From Antedon mediterranea (Eukaryota > Animalia > Echinodermata): a stretch of 64,000 nucleotides of DNA. This document shows positions 11,623-26,900 of this stretch, piece after piece. Each line of letters opens with the position of its first letter. Within the stretch, counting starts at the first letter, position 1. Location of the stretch: NCBI RefSeq assembly GCF_964355755.1, contig NC_092670.1, forward strand, positions 37,622,388-37,686,387, written 5' to 3'. The position numbers were made by a program, and so were the translations under genes. The notes below the pieces were generated by a model. That model had not been told where the DNA came from and did no database searches. It was given only the letters and a program-made list of their open reading frames with translations.

Positions 11623-14600
11623 TTAAGTATCATGTATTCATGCCTTTTTCAAGAAAATTTAAATGTTATAAAACCTTTTACTGAGTTTCCAATAATGACC
11701 AAAACTGTCACTTTTTTTTTCGTTTTCTGAGGACTTAGCTTCTCAATGACATTATAGTGAAATGTTGCCTTATTTGGAGTGAACATATATATATATATTT
11801 TTATTTAAGTGTTGTTTCAATAGTTGCCTTATTTGGCATATAAAAAGTTTCCCAATCTACCAGATATCAAGTTATTTAGTGAATTTTATGGTATAATTAT
11901 AGTGTGACAAGTTTAGATGAGGATAAAAATAGAATTATAGATACCATATATGGTATTTTTCTTTTTCTGCTTTGTACGATATAATACAGGTCTTATAGTA
12001 GGATATGCTGTGTAACATAATATGCTCTTAATTATTAAAATGTTATGCCTATAATTAGCATTACAATATTATGTCATAAAGAATCATGGTCACATATTAA
12101 TAATACGTTTTAAAATAAATGCTACAGTGATTATTTTGTATTTAAATAAAAACATTAACCCTGGCGAAGGAATAGTGTTTTCCAAAAACTTTGTTTGCTT
12201 GTTTTTTTTCAGTAAATTTGCCTTTTGATTTAAATAAAAATAAAATAAAATAAAAACTGTACGTATGACCCATTTTAATATGAGGATTGTAACACACAAT
12301 TAGATTAGCCTAATTTGCATATGATTTATTTAACTAATGTTGATATCTTCAAAGATGCCATTTATTTACCAGCTTGATATGCAGTGGTTCATGTAGCCAA
12401 TTAGTTTACTCGCAGAACTTGAATAATATTTAAATATCTTAATAACAATGAAAATATATAATAATATTTAAACAAGCTATCAATGCGCTGCACATTATTA
12501 CCCCGGTTATTTTTTGGATCAAACACAAATGTAAACATACTCCCATAATAATGCAGAAATTCCTTCTTTCTAAAATCAAGTAAGCTTAAGTTTTTATGTG
12601 AAGATGTAATTAGATGTTTATAACTACACAATCCGTTAAACATAGCAAGCACCCTAACCTACGAGATGTGGCGGATATCCTCATTTATTCACACACACAA
12701 GTGTTCTAGTTATCGCAATGAGACACAACGTTTAAAGTTGAAATTTATGACTTATTGCTATATATTTTTTTTTAATCTTGTTCATTCATGCCACTGCATA
12801 AAATATGATTTTAATAATTGCTTTGTTTACTTTTGATTTTTGTTATTTCCTGTTTTTAAAATGTTTTTTGTTTTACATACAATTGTTAGGACTATGTCAA
12901 ATATTCTATGAATTGGTAGGAATAAAATAGTGAATGTATTTAGGGTGAACCTAAATTTGGTTCTTAAAAAAAATAGTAAAGGGCTACTAAAATAAATTCT
13001 TCGTATAGTTATCATATTTATTACGAGTATTTTTTCTTAGATTTTTCTTACTTTCTACGTATTGTATCATTTCTTAAGAAATTCATTATTCATGTACCCG
13101 GTTTGTGTGGGCGTAGTTTTATTATTGTATCACATTAAATAAATTACATGTTAGTGTTAACTTCAAATCATGAATTTTAAACTTAGTTCCATGTAAGGGG
13201 ATGTGGTAGTTATAAATAAATACACTTGAAGAAATATTAAACCACAATTACTGGGAAATGTATAATATTTATTTTCCTACTTGTCAAAATTATTTTACTG
13301 TAATTACTGCAGTAATTACATTTGCTTACTTCTCTTTAAATCGGTTTCTTCAATTATTTAGCAATCTTTTTGTTTGTTTTTTGAAAACAGCATGCACTAT
13401 TTATTTTATTATTTATTTAATCACACTCTTGTTTACAACAAGACCAGCCTATTCCGGCTTATGAGTGAACAAATATACAGTATATAAAAGACACGGATAT
13501 AAACATCAAATACATTAACAAGTTTTAACAGTCTTACAAGACCAAATAAAAAACGACCAACCAAGCAAAGGACTTTTTTTTTATATTGCTTTGTAAAATA
13601 AAATAAAATGTTACTGCAGTAAAAAAATATATTTACTGCAGTAGAATAATTTTGACATGACCCCTTTCATTGAGATCCAGCCACTGATGATACCCACAGT
13701 CTCTTTTTTTAATTTGCTTTAGTAATTTATTATTTATAATAATAATAATTATAATTGATAACATTTCCATTCAAAATTAGAAATTTATTCAAGATAGATA
13801 TATATACTTCCTGCTTCCTTGAATCATAATTTATATAAATTACGATTAAATTATGATTTATATCATTGTGGAAATGAGAAATTTGAAATCCATAAATTAA
13901 TTTCATCTAGGCTTTTTTAAGGATGTGTAATTGAAAATGTTTCAGGAAAAAATGATTAATAAAGAATTTCTAAATATAGTTAAGAGAAGTTATTAATTTC
14001 AATGTCTAGTCAAAGAAAGAGGCCTACGGTATTTTAAAGTAAAAGGATTTTAGCATCGATGATACTTTGGTCTATAATTACAATAAAACATTTATTTTGG
14101 GGTAGTTTTTCCACGCTGCTCCTTTAGGCAGTTATATTAAAGAGAACGGAAGAATTAGGAAACACTGTTACCATGCAGTAGCTTATAGTTTACTACGGCT
14201 AAAAAAATGAGTATTTGTGCTTGCGCACACACCAAAGCATTTCTGTGAAAAGGGAGTCTATGAAACTAACCATTTTTGATAAATATTGAGAATATCGTGA
14301 GAAGAGTGGCGTTTTTTGTAAGAAATATTTCTTGTTTAAACTTGGTGTACAGTGCTGTATTTAGTGACCCTCGACACCTAGTTTCTTTAGCATGGGAATG
14401 GTCTGTATTTAGAGTTTTTATTTATTACAGATTTTCCAAAAATGTTTGATTAGTTTCCTTTTTGTCATACAGTAATTATTAGAAGTTTGTTTTCGGAAAA
14501 ATCTATTTATTTCTTAATTATTTACAAGATGATTTAAATATGTATTTGACTATTTCAAAATATGCTGTATTTTGAAAATTAAGAATAACTTTATTATTTT

Positions 14601-15049
14601 AGTCATAAATTATGTAATAGTTCATACTAATTCTGGTCATTGACAGAAATTGAACCCAGCAAACTATGGTTTCACAGACTGAGCTATAAATACCCATTTA
14701 TAATAATATTATCATAATGTATGCAACACCATCTTGCCTCAAAACTCATTAGCTTTCACAGCCCTTATGTCATCCTCCTACTAATGTTAAATTAGACCAG
14801 GGATTAATTAACATACAGTTTGTTTACAGTTCGACACGGTACCGTGGGTCTAAAAGTCACGACTGCATATAAATTAGCTGTTGCCAAACAAAGCTCATTC
14901 ATACAATTTCTCTTTCGTATTGATTCACTTGTATTGATTGGAGTGAGTGTGATTGGAATAGATAAACGTTAGGCTTGTTAAAGATGTACTCACTTTGAAC
15001 TGTACGGGATTTACTATCATCTAGAAGTAAGATAAGATCATTTTTATTC

Positions 15050-15940
15050 TTGTTTTTATTTCTATAGTATTTAGTATTATTGAAGTAATTTCTATTTCAT
15101 TGTTAAAAGTATACAAGGTTATATTAGAATAAAATAATGGAGATTATAAATTGTATAATATCATTATTATGTACTGTCAATCATATACCTTTCCATTGGT
15201 TTAGCCTTTATCTTGTTTTAATTTTAATTAGTGTTAAAGTAATTTCTATTTCATTGTTAAAAGTATACAATGACGTTAAGAATAAGATGAGATTTAGAAA
15301 TGTCATAGCATTATGTACTTTCAATCATATACCTTTCCATTTCTTTAGCCTTTATCTTGTTTTAATTTTAATTAGTGTTAAAGTAATTTCTATTTCATTG
15401 TTAAAAGTACACAATGACGTTATATATAAGATTAAGATAATGAGCTTTAGAAATTTCATAGCATATGTACTTTCTGTCGTATACCTTTCGCATTAGCATA
15501 GCTTTATATTGTTTTAATGTTTATAATAGTCATTTCTATATATTAAGTTATAAAACATTTACAATTACACTACATCAGATTTAGAAATGTCATAGTATTA
15601 TTTACTTTCTGTCACATACCTTTACCATTAGCTTAGCTTCATGTTGTTTTAATTTTTATAATAGTTTTAAAGTAATTTATATATATTACTATTGGTAAAT
15701 ATATAAGTTATACATATTTATATTTGTCATCAGATTTAGAAATGTCATAGTATTATTTACTTTCTGTCACATACCTTTACCATTAGCTTAGCTTTATCTT
15801 GTTTTAATTTTTATAATAGTTTTAAAGTAATTTCTATTTATTATTATTGGTAAAATAATAAGTTATACATTAAATATTACATCAGATTTATAAATGTACT
15901 TTTAGTCAAATACCTTTCGCATTGGCTTAGCTTTATCTTA
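15050..15940. repeat. Degenerate ~120-155-bp tandem repeat (about 6 units)
   Basis: Recurring AGATTTAGAAATGTCATAG / CATATACCTTT / AAAGTAATTTCTAT blocks. Confidence 0.7.
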
Positions 15941-18900
15941 GAATATTTTGAATGAAATATAGTATATGATATTTCTCTTTTGAATTTATGATTTAACCTT
16001 CTGATCCCATGAATTTCCTATAGGAAAATGAAAGAATCCTAAAATAACATGGAATCAATAATTGTCCATGGCATTTCTATTTATGTATTTGGAACAAGAT
16101 CGGATTGGAATTTTACAGTTTCACATTTCAAACTAGACTCGGACTTATTTTTATAATTTTTTTAAATGTTTATTTTAATTCCTATTTAACAGTCTGTATA
16201 TTATGTAGGCCTATGGAATACCTAAATATAAAACAATATACTGTATATCCACTTCGGGTTTAATCCCACCTCCCCCCCCCCCCTCCCCCTACTTTATGTC
16301 TGATTTAACAAACAGCCATATCCCCCTGGGGTATACAGTAGTCACAGTATTGACTTTTGATCTGGATGTAGGCCTCTCTCTCTAGACAGTTCAGATGAGG
16401 TTTTACAAGAAATTCTTTACCAATCATTTTTTTCCCGAACTAGGGTTTCCCCGGGTACCCCACCAAGTCAAAACAATCAATTCAAATACTATGATGGCTT
16501 GTGTTTGAAAAAATAATATCTTAAAATTATATAGTCATCATTGCTATGTACTATTTCAAAATCTTAAGAATTATTATAAAAAACATTTTGAAGACTGCTG
16601 AACAAAAAAGATGGTTATCTCTGAAAAAATCTAATTAAAGGAAGTAAAACTGAAAAGTTGTACAAAACTAATTTAAACAGAACATTTCAAAGGCAACCAT
16701 TTCACATTTCCAAAAATAACTTTATTTGAATTTATAATTTGTAATCGGTAAGTGTACATAATTAATTTAATTAATGTTGCATTTCTCTGAAGAGACCATT
16801 TGATTATTTTTATTATTGATTAAAAATCTGAAATGTTTTCACTTTAATATTTCTGAATGTGAAATAATGATTGCATTTTTATACATTTCTTATAAACATA
16901 AAATTTTACGATATCCAAAGTTAATAATAACATTTTTAGAATTTGTTTTATGTTGCTAACAAAATTGATTTTACAAATAAACTGAATATTTTGATGAAAT
17001 TAACCAAGCCCGCTAGCTTCATGACTAAATATATGACTTTAAATTTAATTGTTTCAAAATTAAACTACATAAAATAAAATATGTAGGTCGAGTGTTTGCT
17101 CAAGCAGAACAGAATCACTCAAGCAGAACAGACCATCCTCATTTTGTGAATGAATTATAAATACGGAAATATCTCTTAGAAATCCTCACACAGCTTCACG
17201 ATCTTCAGAATTAGTATCCACCAAATTTTCCCGACTGTGAAATTTAATTACTTATTATTCATAAGCAAGCAGCCTTGAGTTCAGAACGCAGTGGTGTGAG
17301 TGGCGGAATACGACTACAAATGCTAATGTGTTTCACATAGGCTTGTATTGTGAATTGTAATGCTGTCAAAACCTGTAGATTGCATGGGCTAACATCGACA
17401 TTAACCACCTATTTCTACCTGATGTTTGCCTCTTGGATTTTGTAATGTTAGGATGGATAAATTTCAGGTGATATTAGTATATTTTTATCTCTATATATAT
17501 ATATACAATATTTTCTTTTATTTTAGACATCATAGATTAATTTACGGTTTACCATATTCTCTGTGTGCAACCTATAGTCTTATATTGGATGACAAATTTG
17601 AGGATGGTCTATTTTATGTTTGTTAGTCATTTGGATTGATGCAATTTCTAACAAATGGATATTTTTTAGGTGGTACAGAAGAAATATCTCTAATTTTTTA
17701 ATTTTATTTTTTAATGTGCTTTTGAACTATTTGAGTTTACCAATTGTTCACATTTTCAATTCTCTTTTCTGTTATTCTGTTAGATAGGAATATCAAATTT
17801 CTACAGTGTAATAGTTTTACAAATTCTAGGCGTTCTCGGCTAGGCCTATTCCTGGATCCACCATTAGATGGTAAGAGTTTACGAATCACAGACTAGACAT
17901 CTTTGAATTTGTCAATTCAAAATCTATATTTACCGTATTACATACAGTTTGTTACCTTTCCATATAGTCTATGATAAGTAATGTTTAGATATTATTTTCA
18001 GAATGGATCAAATGATATTTTTATTATCTTGAGGAATTTGTATTTATATGCACAATACAAAATGTACAGTGCTATTAGTATTATACGTAAGTAATAATAT
18101 ATTGTATACTCCAAAAATATAAATAAATGCATGCATACAAATGGCAGACAAACTTAGAGGAATAAGTTTCTATAACCTTAAAGGTTTTGATTGCCCTTAG
18201 AAAAAACAGTATAAATTATAATTTATAAATTAAAAGAATATTATAATCCCAGGAGGCATGGGTATGAAATTAGGGTGGGATTATATTTGGATTGCATTAG
18301 TAGTGGATTTTAGCCTAGAAATATGGGGTGGGATTACAATTGAGTATGGCATTCTACTCACTTATATGTACAGTAAAATTGTCAAGTCAAATGTACAGTG
18401 TCTGCATCATCAGAATTTTCTGCATTTCCGTACAATTTTCATCTTATTATCAGATAAGAGAGAGAATATGAAATCTCTACTGCTTCATTCAGTTTGAGCT
18501 CTTGTTAGTGAATGTACAGCATGAACTATGATGAGATGCTAATGTAAATGGATATATTATTAATATTATAAATTCTCTCATGCTTTTATGGGATTTTGCC
18601 ATACACATTATATCAGGTTATTTTGTCGGTAATCATTAATAGGAAATTATTAGGTAGGTGATGTTTTTTATTAAAATTTGCTTTTTTTCTGTTATTAGTA
18701 TTTTCAAAACAGAGTTTTGTGAACGTTATGATTTCTTTTACAGTTTTCCAGTCAATGTTTTAAAGACCCCCAAATTGCTAATTTAAAAAAGTATTTTGTG
18801 AATTTTGTTATTATGTATTTTACAGTTTTCCAATCCGTGTTTTAAAGACCCCCAAAATGTAATTTAAATTTAAAATCTTTTAACATATAAAGACGTTTCT

Positions 18901-19317
18901 CGGTTTGATAAACAATTCGTTTTCTATTAATAATTATTATAATTTAACAATTTAAGAAAAATAATACAAATCTGTCTTATACTTAGCATCATAAGATAAT
19001 TTCTTATGCAGAGTAAGGTATGCATAATGTAATTAGTTTAAAATGCAAAAGGATAATATTATTGTTTATTTAGTGATTATATTAAATTAGCAATCCTATT
19101 CTGTTCTTCAGTTTGATGCAAATAATTTAAAATATACAATTTGACAAAAATTTTGACAAATTCCAACTGGTACTAGACTCCCTGAAATGTTATTCAGGTC
19201 CTCAAAAGTGCCCCAAATTCTTTACAGTAATGTGCTAAGTTTATGAAATTCGAAACAAGCCCAAACCTTCAGGAAAACCAGGCATTTCTGCCAGCACAAT
19301 GGTGTCTGATATTGTAA

Positions 19318-19509
19318 AGCTCTGTCTACACTATCAAACTTTATGTGAAGAAAAAAAAATGTGATGGACATGATGATGTCATATCACTACCATATTTGGG
19401 CATATCACTACCATATTTGGGCATATCACTACCATATTTGGGCATATCACTACCATATTTGGGCATATCACTACCATATTTGGGCATATCACTACCATAT
19501 TTGACAGCT
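19318..19509 (-). mobile_element. MITE family A, inverted, six 21-bp repeats, internal deletion near one TIR
   Basis: TAA|AGCTCTGTCTACAC ... (ATCACTACCATATTTGGGCAT)n ... AGCT|TAA. Confidence 0.85.
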
Positions 19510-20143
19510 TAAAATTATTATATTCATTTCCTGTCATTAAAGGCCAAATCATATTTTCTTTTTTTGGGATATGCAAATTATAAAGGTTCTGTTTAATCGT
19601 TTTACAATTTAATATTATTAGTAAACAAATTATATTAATAAAACACAATTTAATGGCAAAATATGTATACATCCATTTGCCAGCAGACATATAAAGCACG
19701 CAGCAAGAACAATTTAATACTTTGAATGTATTATTAAATATGATATTTATAAGAGAAAGTGAAGCTGTTGAGAATCTTGAAACAGAATCCAAGGGAATAT
19801 TAAGTCATTTCATTTTAAATTGGATATTTTCAGTTTGTTGAAAAAACCTAATATAAAATTGTACATGTCATCCACAAGATATTATCATACTCAATTTGTT
19901 TTTTTTTTAACAGAACTGTTTAAAGAAAAATTGTTTGTTGATGTTGAACAGGCCATTTTGATATCGCATATAGTTATTTCCTTTGATTAAAATCTATAAA
20001 AAAATATTTTTCTGAAAATAAGGTTTGATAATACAGTAGTGAACCAAAAGCTCTGGAAGTCAATGGATTTCTGGTTAAATTTAACAGTTTATTTATTTTT
20101 TCATTGATTCTCTTGTTTTTTGTACGATTTGTATATGGGTGTA

Positions 20144-20363
20144 CAGTCAACTCTCCCAATACCGGACACCTTTGGGCCGGCCAAATAAGTCTGGTTTTCC
20201 GGAAAGTCTGGTATTCGGAATGTGTTTTTAAGGGTAAAAATAAATTTGGGACCTTTTGATCCTCAAAAAAAGTCTGGTATTGGGAGAGTTTCTGGTTTTC
20301 AGAGAGTCCGGTATTGGGAGAGTTTCTGGTTTTCAGAGAGTCCGGTATTGGGAGAGTTGACTG
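20144..20363 (+). mobile_element. MITE family D, Tc1/mariner-pogo-like (TA TSD)
   Basis: TA|CAGTCAACTCTCCCAATACCGGAC ... GTCCGGTATTGGGAGAGTTGACTG|TA; 24-bp perfect TIR. Confidence 0.9.
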
Positions 20364-21528
20364 TACTATCCGAAATATAGGAATGAATAAGCGAAATCAT
20401 TTTTATTTTGCAAATATTAAATTTGTTTAATTACAATATTTAATTTTGTACGGAATGTGAAGATTGAAAGAAATATTTTATTGTATTCGAAAAATTATGC
20501 AAATTAGTTTGTAAACAATAGTGTGTATTGTACTGTCTTATTGAAGTCTGTGCTTAGTTGCATGGTGTTTAAACGAGGAAGGAGTGACGATCGTGATTTA
20601 CTACGTGCCTATACCGTAGAATAAGTAATGACCGTGACTTGATACGTGCTAACTTACTTACATGGCATACTCATTTAATAGACGTTGAATTTGTAATGCT
20701 CTGAGCCTAAATGTTGTGATTTACTTTTATAAGGATAATGCTATGTCTGTAGTTCTGTGTTATGGGTAAAGCCATTCACATGTATATTCTGTTTTTTAAT
20801 ATAAATAATATGCGGCAATGTCAAGCTGAAGGATGTATAAGACGCAAAGGTAGTTTCCTCAATAACAACAAAAACTGAATAAAAATTAGTTATTTTAGAC
20901 ATATACATTTCATTGATCTACTTATTTTAACATCTTCAAAGAGGATACCTCATGCAGATTCTTTATTTTAAAAAGAACTGATAGCGATCTTCTATAACTT
21001 CAAATAAAATACATACAGGTACAGTATATAGAACAATATAAAACATGAAAATATGGCAAAATAATATGTACAGTATGCCAAAAACAAGGCAAGAACTTGT
21101 GATGAAATTATTTCAAAGCATGAAATTAAATGATATTTAATTATTTTTTTCATTTGTTTTGCAATGGACAGCTATAGGATAAAAGACCTTGTGGTCTGTG
21201 ATGGCATTGTTACCATACACAATGAAGGCTACTAAAAGACAATATCCAAATATGAAAATTACCATAAGAATATGATATTGATGTATATATGAAAAAAACA
21301 AGGTTACAATAACAATAGGCCTTCTGGCAGAGCCAATAACAAATTAGTAATTGTTTGTCATCAGCATAATTTTCAACTTTTTTTTCAATTACTCATTGAT
21401 GATAATCATATAGTCATCATATCTGTATCATTATTATTTCACATTATCGTGTCATTATAGAACAAAAAGAATTATGTTGCCCAAACTTTGTTTCTAGAGT
21501 TAGTTGATCATACATGTATGTGCATATC

Positions 21529-21726
21529 CAGTAGCGTAACGCAGAGGCCTGAGGCCCCTGGATTAGGAACCCTAAGTGGCCCTACAACGCTGGAGGCCTC
21601 TGGCTTTTGTAGCCTTTTTCGACATATTTTAATGCCTGTTTTTTCATCTGGGAAATGCTCAGGAGCCCCATAAGCTCAGGGGCCCCTAAGTTTAGCCAAT
21701 GAGCGCTGATAGCTGTTACGCCACTG
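21529..21726. mobile_element. hAT-like MITE
   Basis: CAGTAGCGTAAC ... GTTACGCCACTG termini; 8-bp TSD TGCATATC/TGCAGATC; GGGCCCC subterminal motifs. Confidence 0.8.
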
Positions 21727-21854
21727 TGCAGATCCTATCCTGCTTTAGACTCCCTAAGTTTTGAAAATTCCAAAGCAAAAGATGGAACATTTAGGCATTC
21801 CTGTTTTTCAATTGATTTTGTGCTTGTTTAAGTGTTGTTTTGGTGTTGTTTTGT

Positions 21855-21984
21855 ATTATTTATTTATACTGGGTGACCTCTTCGGTCAAAGACTGGTCTC
21901 CTAGAGGGCCCAGTTATGATCAGTGGCTGTGTGTGTACCAGGGTAACCTCCTACTAGTCTCGAAAGATTTACTAAGTTCTTTAA
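21855..21984 (-). mobile_element. Deu-domain-like SINE 3' fragment
   Basis: Reverse strand reads TTAAAGAACTTAGTAAATCTTTCGAGACTAGTAGGAGGTTACCCTGGT, then an A-rich tail; similar to 54615-54690. Confidence 0.5.
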
Positions 21985-22420
21985 TCATCATTAATAACAA
22001 ACATTAATATCAAAATGAGTTCAGTAAATCGTCAAAATCAACCCAAATTCTTCGCATGCGACTGTTCATAACACTTAGTCCAAAGTCCAGGTCATAGTTG
22101 TTGCGAAATCGAAAGCTTCCTAATGCCGTATCAAAGGAGAATTGGTAAAATTATTATGAAATTAGTGATAATAATCATCAACACTTGTTCGTAATACGAT
22201 ACAACATATAAACCGAGTGCTTTCAATGTGTTGGATTAAAGAGATTTATTGTGTGAACCTTCCATTACTGAATGCCTCGCAAATAATGCACATGTAGAAT
22301 ATGTGACAGCATTGATATACTTTTACTGTATTCTGTTTTGGTTGTGCATAGCAAAAGCAGCTAATGCTATGAATATTGTAACCATTTAAAAATGTTTACA
22401 ATATTTGAAGAATAACTTAA

Positions 22421-22617
22421 AGATGTATTGTCCCCCAAAAACATGAAAAATAAAATAATAAAATAAAAACAATTGGCTAGAAGCCAATTTGACTATTTTT
22501 TGCTTCAAATTACAGTTTTTTCAGGTAAATAATTATTGTTTCGGTCCAATTTTTGGCCGAAGTGCATTAAAATGGCATATTCAAAACAAAAAAATCTACA
22601 AGAGGGGCAATACACCT
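22421..22617 (+). mobile_element. MITE family C, internally deleted copy
   Basis: TTAA|AGATGTATTGTCCCC ... GGGGCAATACACCT|TTAA. Confidence 0.8.
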
Positions 22618-23903
22618 TTAAATTAATTGTAAAATAGGACATTATAATACTGTTATATTCTGATGCTGTTACTTACTCAAATTTCAAATATAAATTTCAA
22701 ATTTCAAATTTCAACCTTACGATATTGGTGTGCATGGCATTACAGTAAGTGCTTTAAATGCTTTCATTAGAGGAAAATATTCAAAGAATAATTTAAATTA
22801 ATCGTAGAATAGAACTTTGAACCTTAGAATACTGTACTGTTACCGCTTGTATGTGTATTGGTCTTTAGGTGGTGTTTGGCTGATATCAGGAGAATTAAAA
22901 CAACATTAGGAATGGTTTATTTATATATTATGATATTGTGATGTTCTGAAGTAAGTTAGAGTTTAATAATAAAAATTAGAACAGTCAGGATTAGAGTACA
23001 TGGGAATATGTATGGTATGAGGGTAGGTAAAGAAAACCCTATGAAAGATATGATGCCATATTTGGCATTTGCAATGAGCAATATCAAGAAGATGATCAAA
23101 TGCAAAGAATGTATCATAAAAGACCTGAGCCTCTTCAAAGTGACTCTTGATGTAGCACCATACAGGCAGCGCCAATTGGTGTTTGTCTTTAACTATTAAG
23201 CCTGTGTTCACACTGTCCAATAGTCATCAAGATTTTACTTTGGTTTTTAAATTGGAACTGCCATACATATTCTTCAACCTCCATCTTGAATTTTAAAATT
23301 GTATATTCATTAATATATAATAATTTTATTTAAATATGAATGAAATGTTATATTAATAAAGTACATAACCTCTGCAAAGTGTGAACTAAAAGGCAGAACG
23401 TATTAGCAATACCACCACCTTTTGTGCGTGTGTAAATATAAATTTTATATACTTTTCAGTTTGAATTTTTATTTATAAAGTGCAGGTAATGGACCCGTAG
23501 GGAAATATAATGTATTACATGTGACATTACTTCTATTCCGTTATACCTGCGGGATTAGATCTGGTCAGTTAGTTGCGTTGCGAGTCGTGGATCAAATTAA
23601 GTTTTTCATCATGCTATGGTATCATGTTTATCAAGTTAACAGCCAGACTTTGCTGAAATATTTGTTTAAAATATATTTTTTTTACAAGACTGGCATTAAT
23701 AATACTGTAAGCAAAAATGCTGTATTTTACACAGTGAATTTGACCCGATTTGACCCGATGGTTATTATCGTTATGCTATTCACTACATCACCAATGTAGA
23801 GTTATTATTGTAAAGGAGGAGTGGCCGCCATGTTGATGCTTATGCTGATTTCGTTTTATATTTCGTATTATGTATGCATATGCTGGCCGCAAACAATATA
23901 TCC

Positions 23904-26900
23904 AAACATAATCCATACACCAAGCAATGATACACCATCGGAATAGCATTCAACATAATCCATACACCAAGCAATGATACACCATCACAATAGCATTCAA
24001 CATAATCCATACACCAAGCAATGATACACCATCACAATAGCATTCAACATAATCCATACACCAAGCAATGATACACCATCACAATAGCATTCAACATAAT
24101 CCATACACCAAGCAATGATACACCATCACAATAGCATTCAACATAATCCATACACCAAGCAATGATACACCATCGCAATAGCATTCAACATAATCCATAC
24201 ACCAAGCAATGATACACCATCACAATAGCATTCAACATAATCCATACACCAAGCAATGATACACCATCACAATAGCATTCAACATAATCCATACACCAAG
24301 CAATGATACACCATCACAATAGCATTCAACATAATCCATACACCAAGCAATGATACACCATAATCACAATAGCATTCAACATAATCCATACACCAAGCAA
24401 TGATACACCATCACAATAGCATTCAACATAATCCATACACCAAGCAATGATACACCATCACAATAGCATTCAACATAATCCATACACCAAGCAATGATAC
24501 ACCATCACAATAGCCTTCAACATAATCCATACACCAAGCAATGATACACCATCACAATAGCATTCAACATAATCCATACACCAAGCAATGATACACCATC
24601 ACAATAGCATTCAACATAATCCATACACCAAGCAATGATACACCATCGCAATAGCATTCAACATAATCCATACACCAAGCAATGATACACCATTGCAATA
24701 GCATTCAACATAATCCATACACCAAGCAATGATACACCATCACAATAGCATTCAACATAATCCATACACCAAGCAATGATACACCATCACAATAGCATTC
24801 AACATAATCCATACACCAAGCAATGATACACCATCACAATAGCATTCAACATAATCCATACACCAAGCAATGATACACCATCACAATAGCATTCAACATA
24901 ATCCATACACCAAGCAATGATACACCATCACAATAGCATTCAACATAATCCATACACCAAGCAATGATACACCATCACAATAGCATTCAACATAATCCAT
25001 ACACCAAGCAATGATACACCATCACAATAGCATTCAACATAATCCATACACCAAGCAATGATACACCATCACAATAGCATTCAACATAATCCATACACCA
25101 AGCAATGATACACCATCACAATAGCATTCAACATAATCCATACACCAAGCAATAATACACCATCACAATAGCATTCAACATAATCCATACACCAAGCAAT
25201 GATACACCATCACAATAGCATTCAACATAATCCATACACCAAGCAATAATACACCATCACAATAGCATTCAACATAATCCATACACCAAGCAATGATACA
25301 CCATCACAATAGCATTCAACATAATCCATACACCAAGCAATGATACACCATCACAATAGCATTCAACATAATCCATACACCAAGCAATGATACACCATCG
25401 CAATAGCATTCAATATAATCCATACACCAAGCAATGATACACCATCACAATAGCATTCAACATAATCCATACACCAAGCAATGATACACCATCACAATAG
25501 CATTCAACATAATCCATACACCAAGCAATGATACACCATCACAATAGCATTCAACATAATCCATACACCAAGCAATGATACACCATCACAATAGCATTCA
25601 ACATAATCCATACACCAAGCAATGATACACCATCACAATAGCATTCAACATAATCCATACACCAAGCAATAATACACCATCACAATAGCATTCAACATAA
25701 TCCATACACCAAGCAATGATACACCATAATCACAATAGCATTCAACATAATCCATACACCAAGCAATGATACACCATCACAATAGCATTCAACATAATCC
25801 ATACACCAAGCAATAATACACCATCACAATAGCATTCAACATAATCCATACACCAAGCAATAATACACCATCACAATAGCATTCAACATAATCCATACAC
25901 CAAGCAATGATACACCATCACAATAGCATTCAACATAATCCATACACCAAGCAATGATACACCATCGCAATAGCATTCAACATAATCCATACACCAAGCA
26001 ATGATACACCATCACAATAGCATTCAACATAATCCATACACCAAGCAATAATACACCATCACAATAGCATTCAACATAATCCATACACCAAGCAATGATA
26101 CACCATCACAATAGCATTCAACATAATCCATACACCAAGCAATGATACACCATCACAATAGCATTCAACATAATCCATACACCAAGCAATGATACACCAT
26201 CACAATAGCATTCAACATAATCCATACACCAAGCAATGATACACCATCACAATAGCATTCAACATAATCCATACACCAAGCAATGATACACCATCGCAAT
26301 AGCATTCAACATAATCCATACACCAAGCAATGATACACCATCACAATAGCATTCAACATAATCCATACACCAAGCAATGATACACCATCACAATAGCATT
26401 CAACATAATCCATACACCAAGCAATGATACACCATCGCAATAGCATTCAACATAATCCATACACCAAGCAATGATACACCATCACAATAGCATTCAACAT
26501 AATCCATACACCAAGCAATGATACACCATCGCAATAGCATTCAATATAATCCATACACCAAGCAATGATACACCATCACAATAGCATTCAACATAATCCA
26601 TACACCAAGCAATGATACACCATCACAATAGCATTCAACATAATCCATACACCAAGCAATGATACACCATCACAATAGCATTCAACATAATCCATACACC
26701 AAGCAATGATACACCATCGCAATAGCATTCAACATAATCCATACACCAAGCAATGATACACCATCACAATAGCATTCAACATAATCCATACACCAAGCAA
26801 TGATACACCATCACAATAGCATTCAACATAATCCATACACCAAGCAATAATACACCATCACAATAGCATTCAACATAATCCATACACCAAGCAATGATAC

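Noticed and set aside
19379-19792. ORFs with (NMVVICP)n or (ISLPYLG)n repeats, also at 7315-7539
   Set aside because: They are translations of the 21-bp unit of MITE family A.
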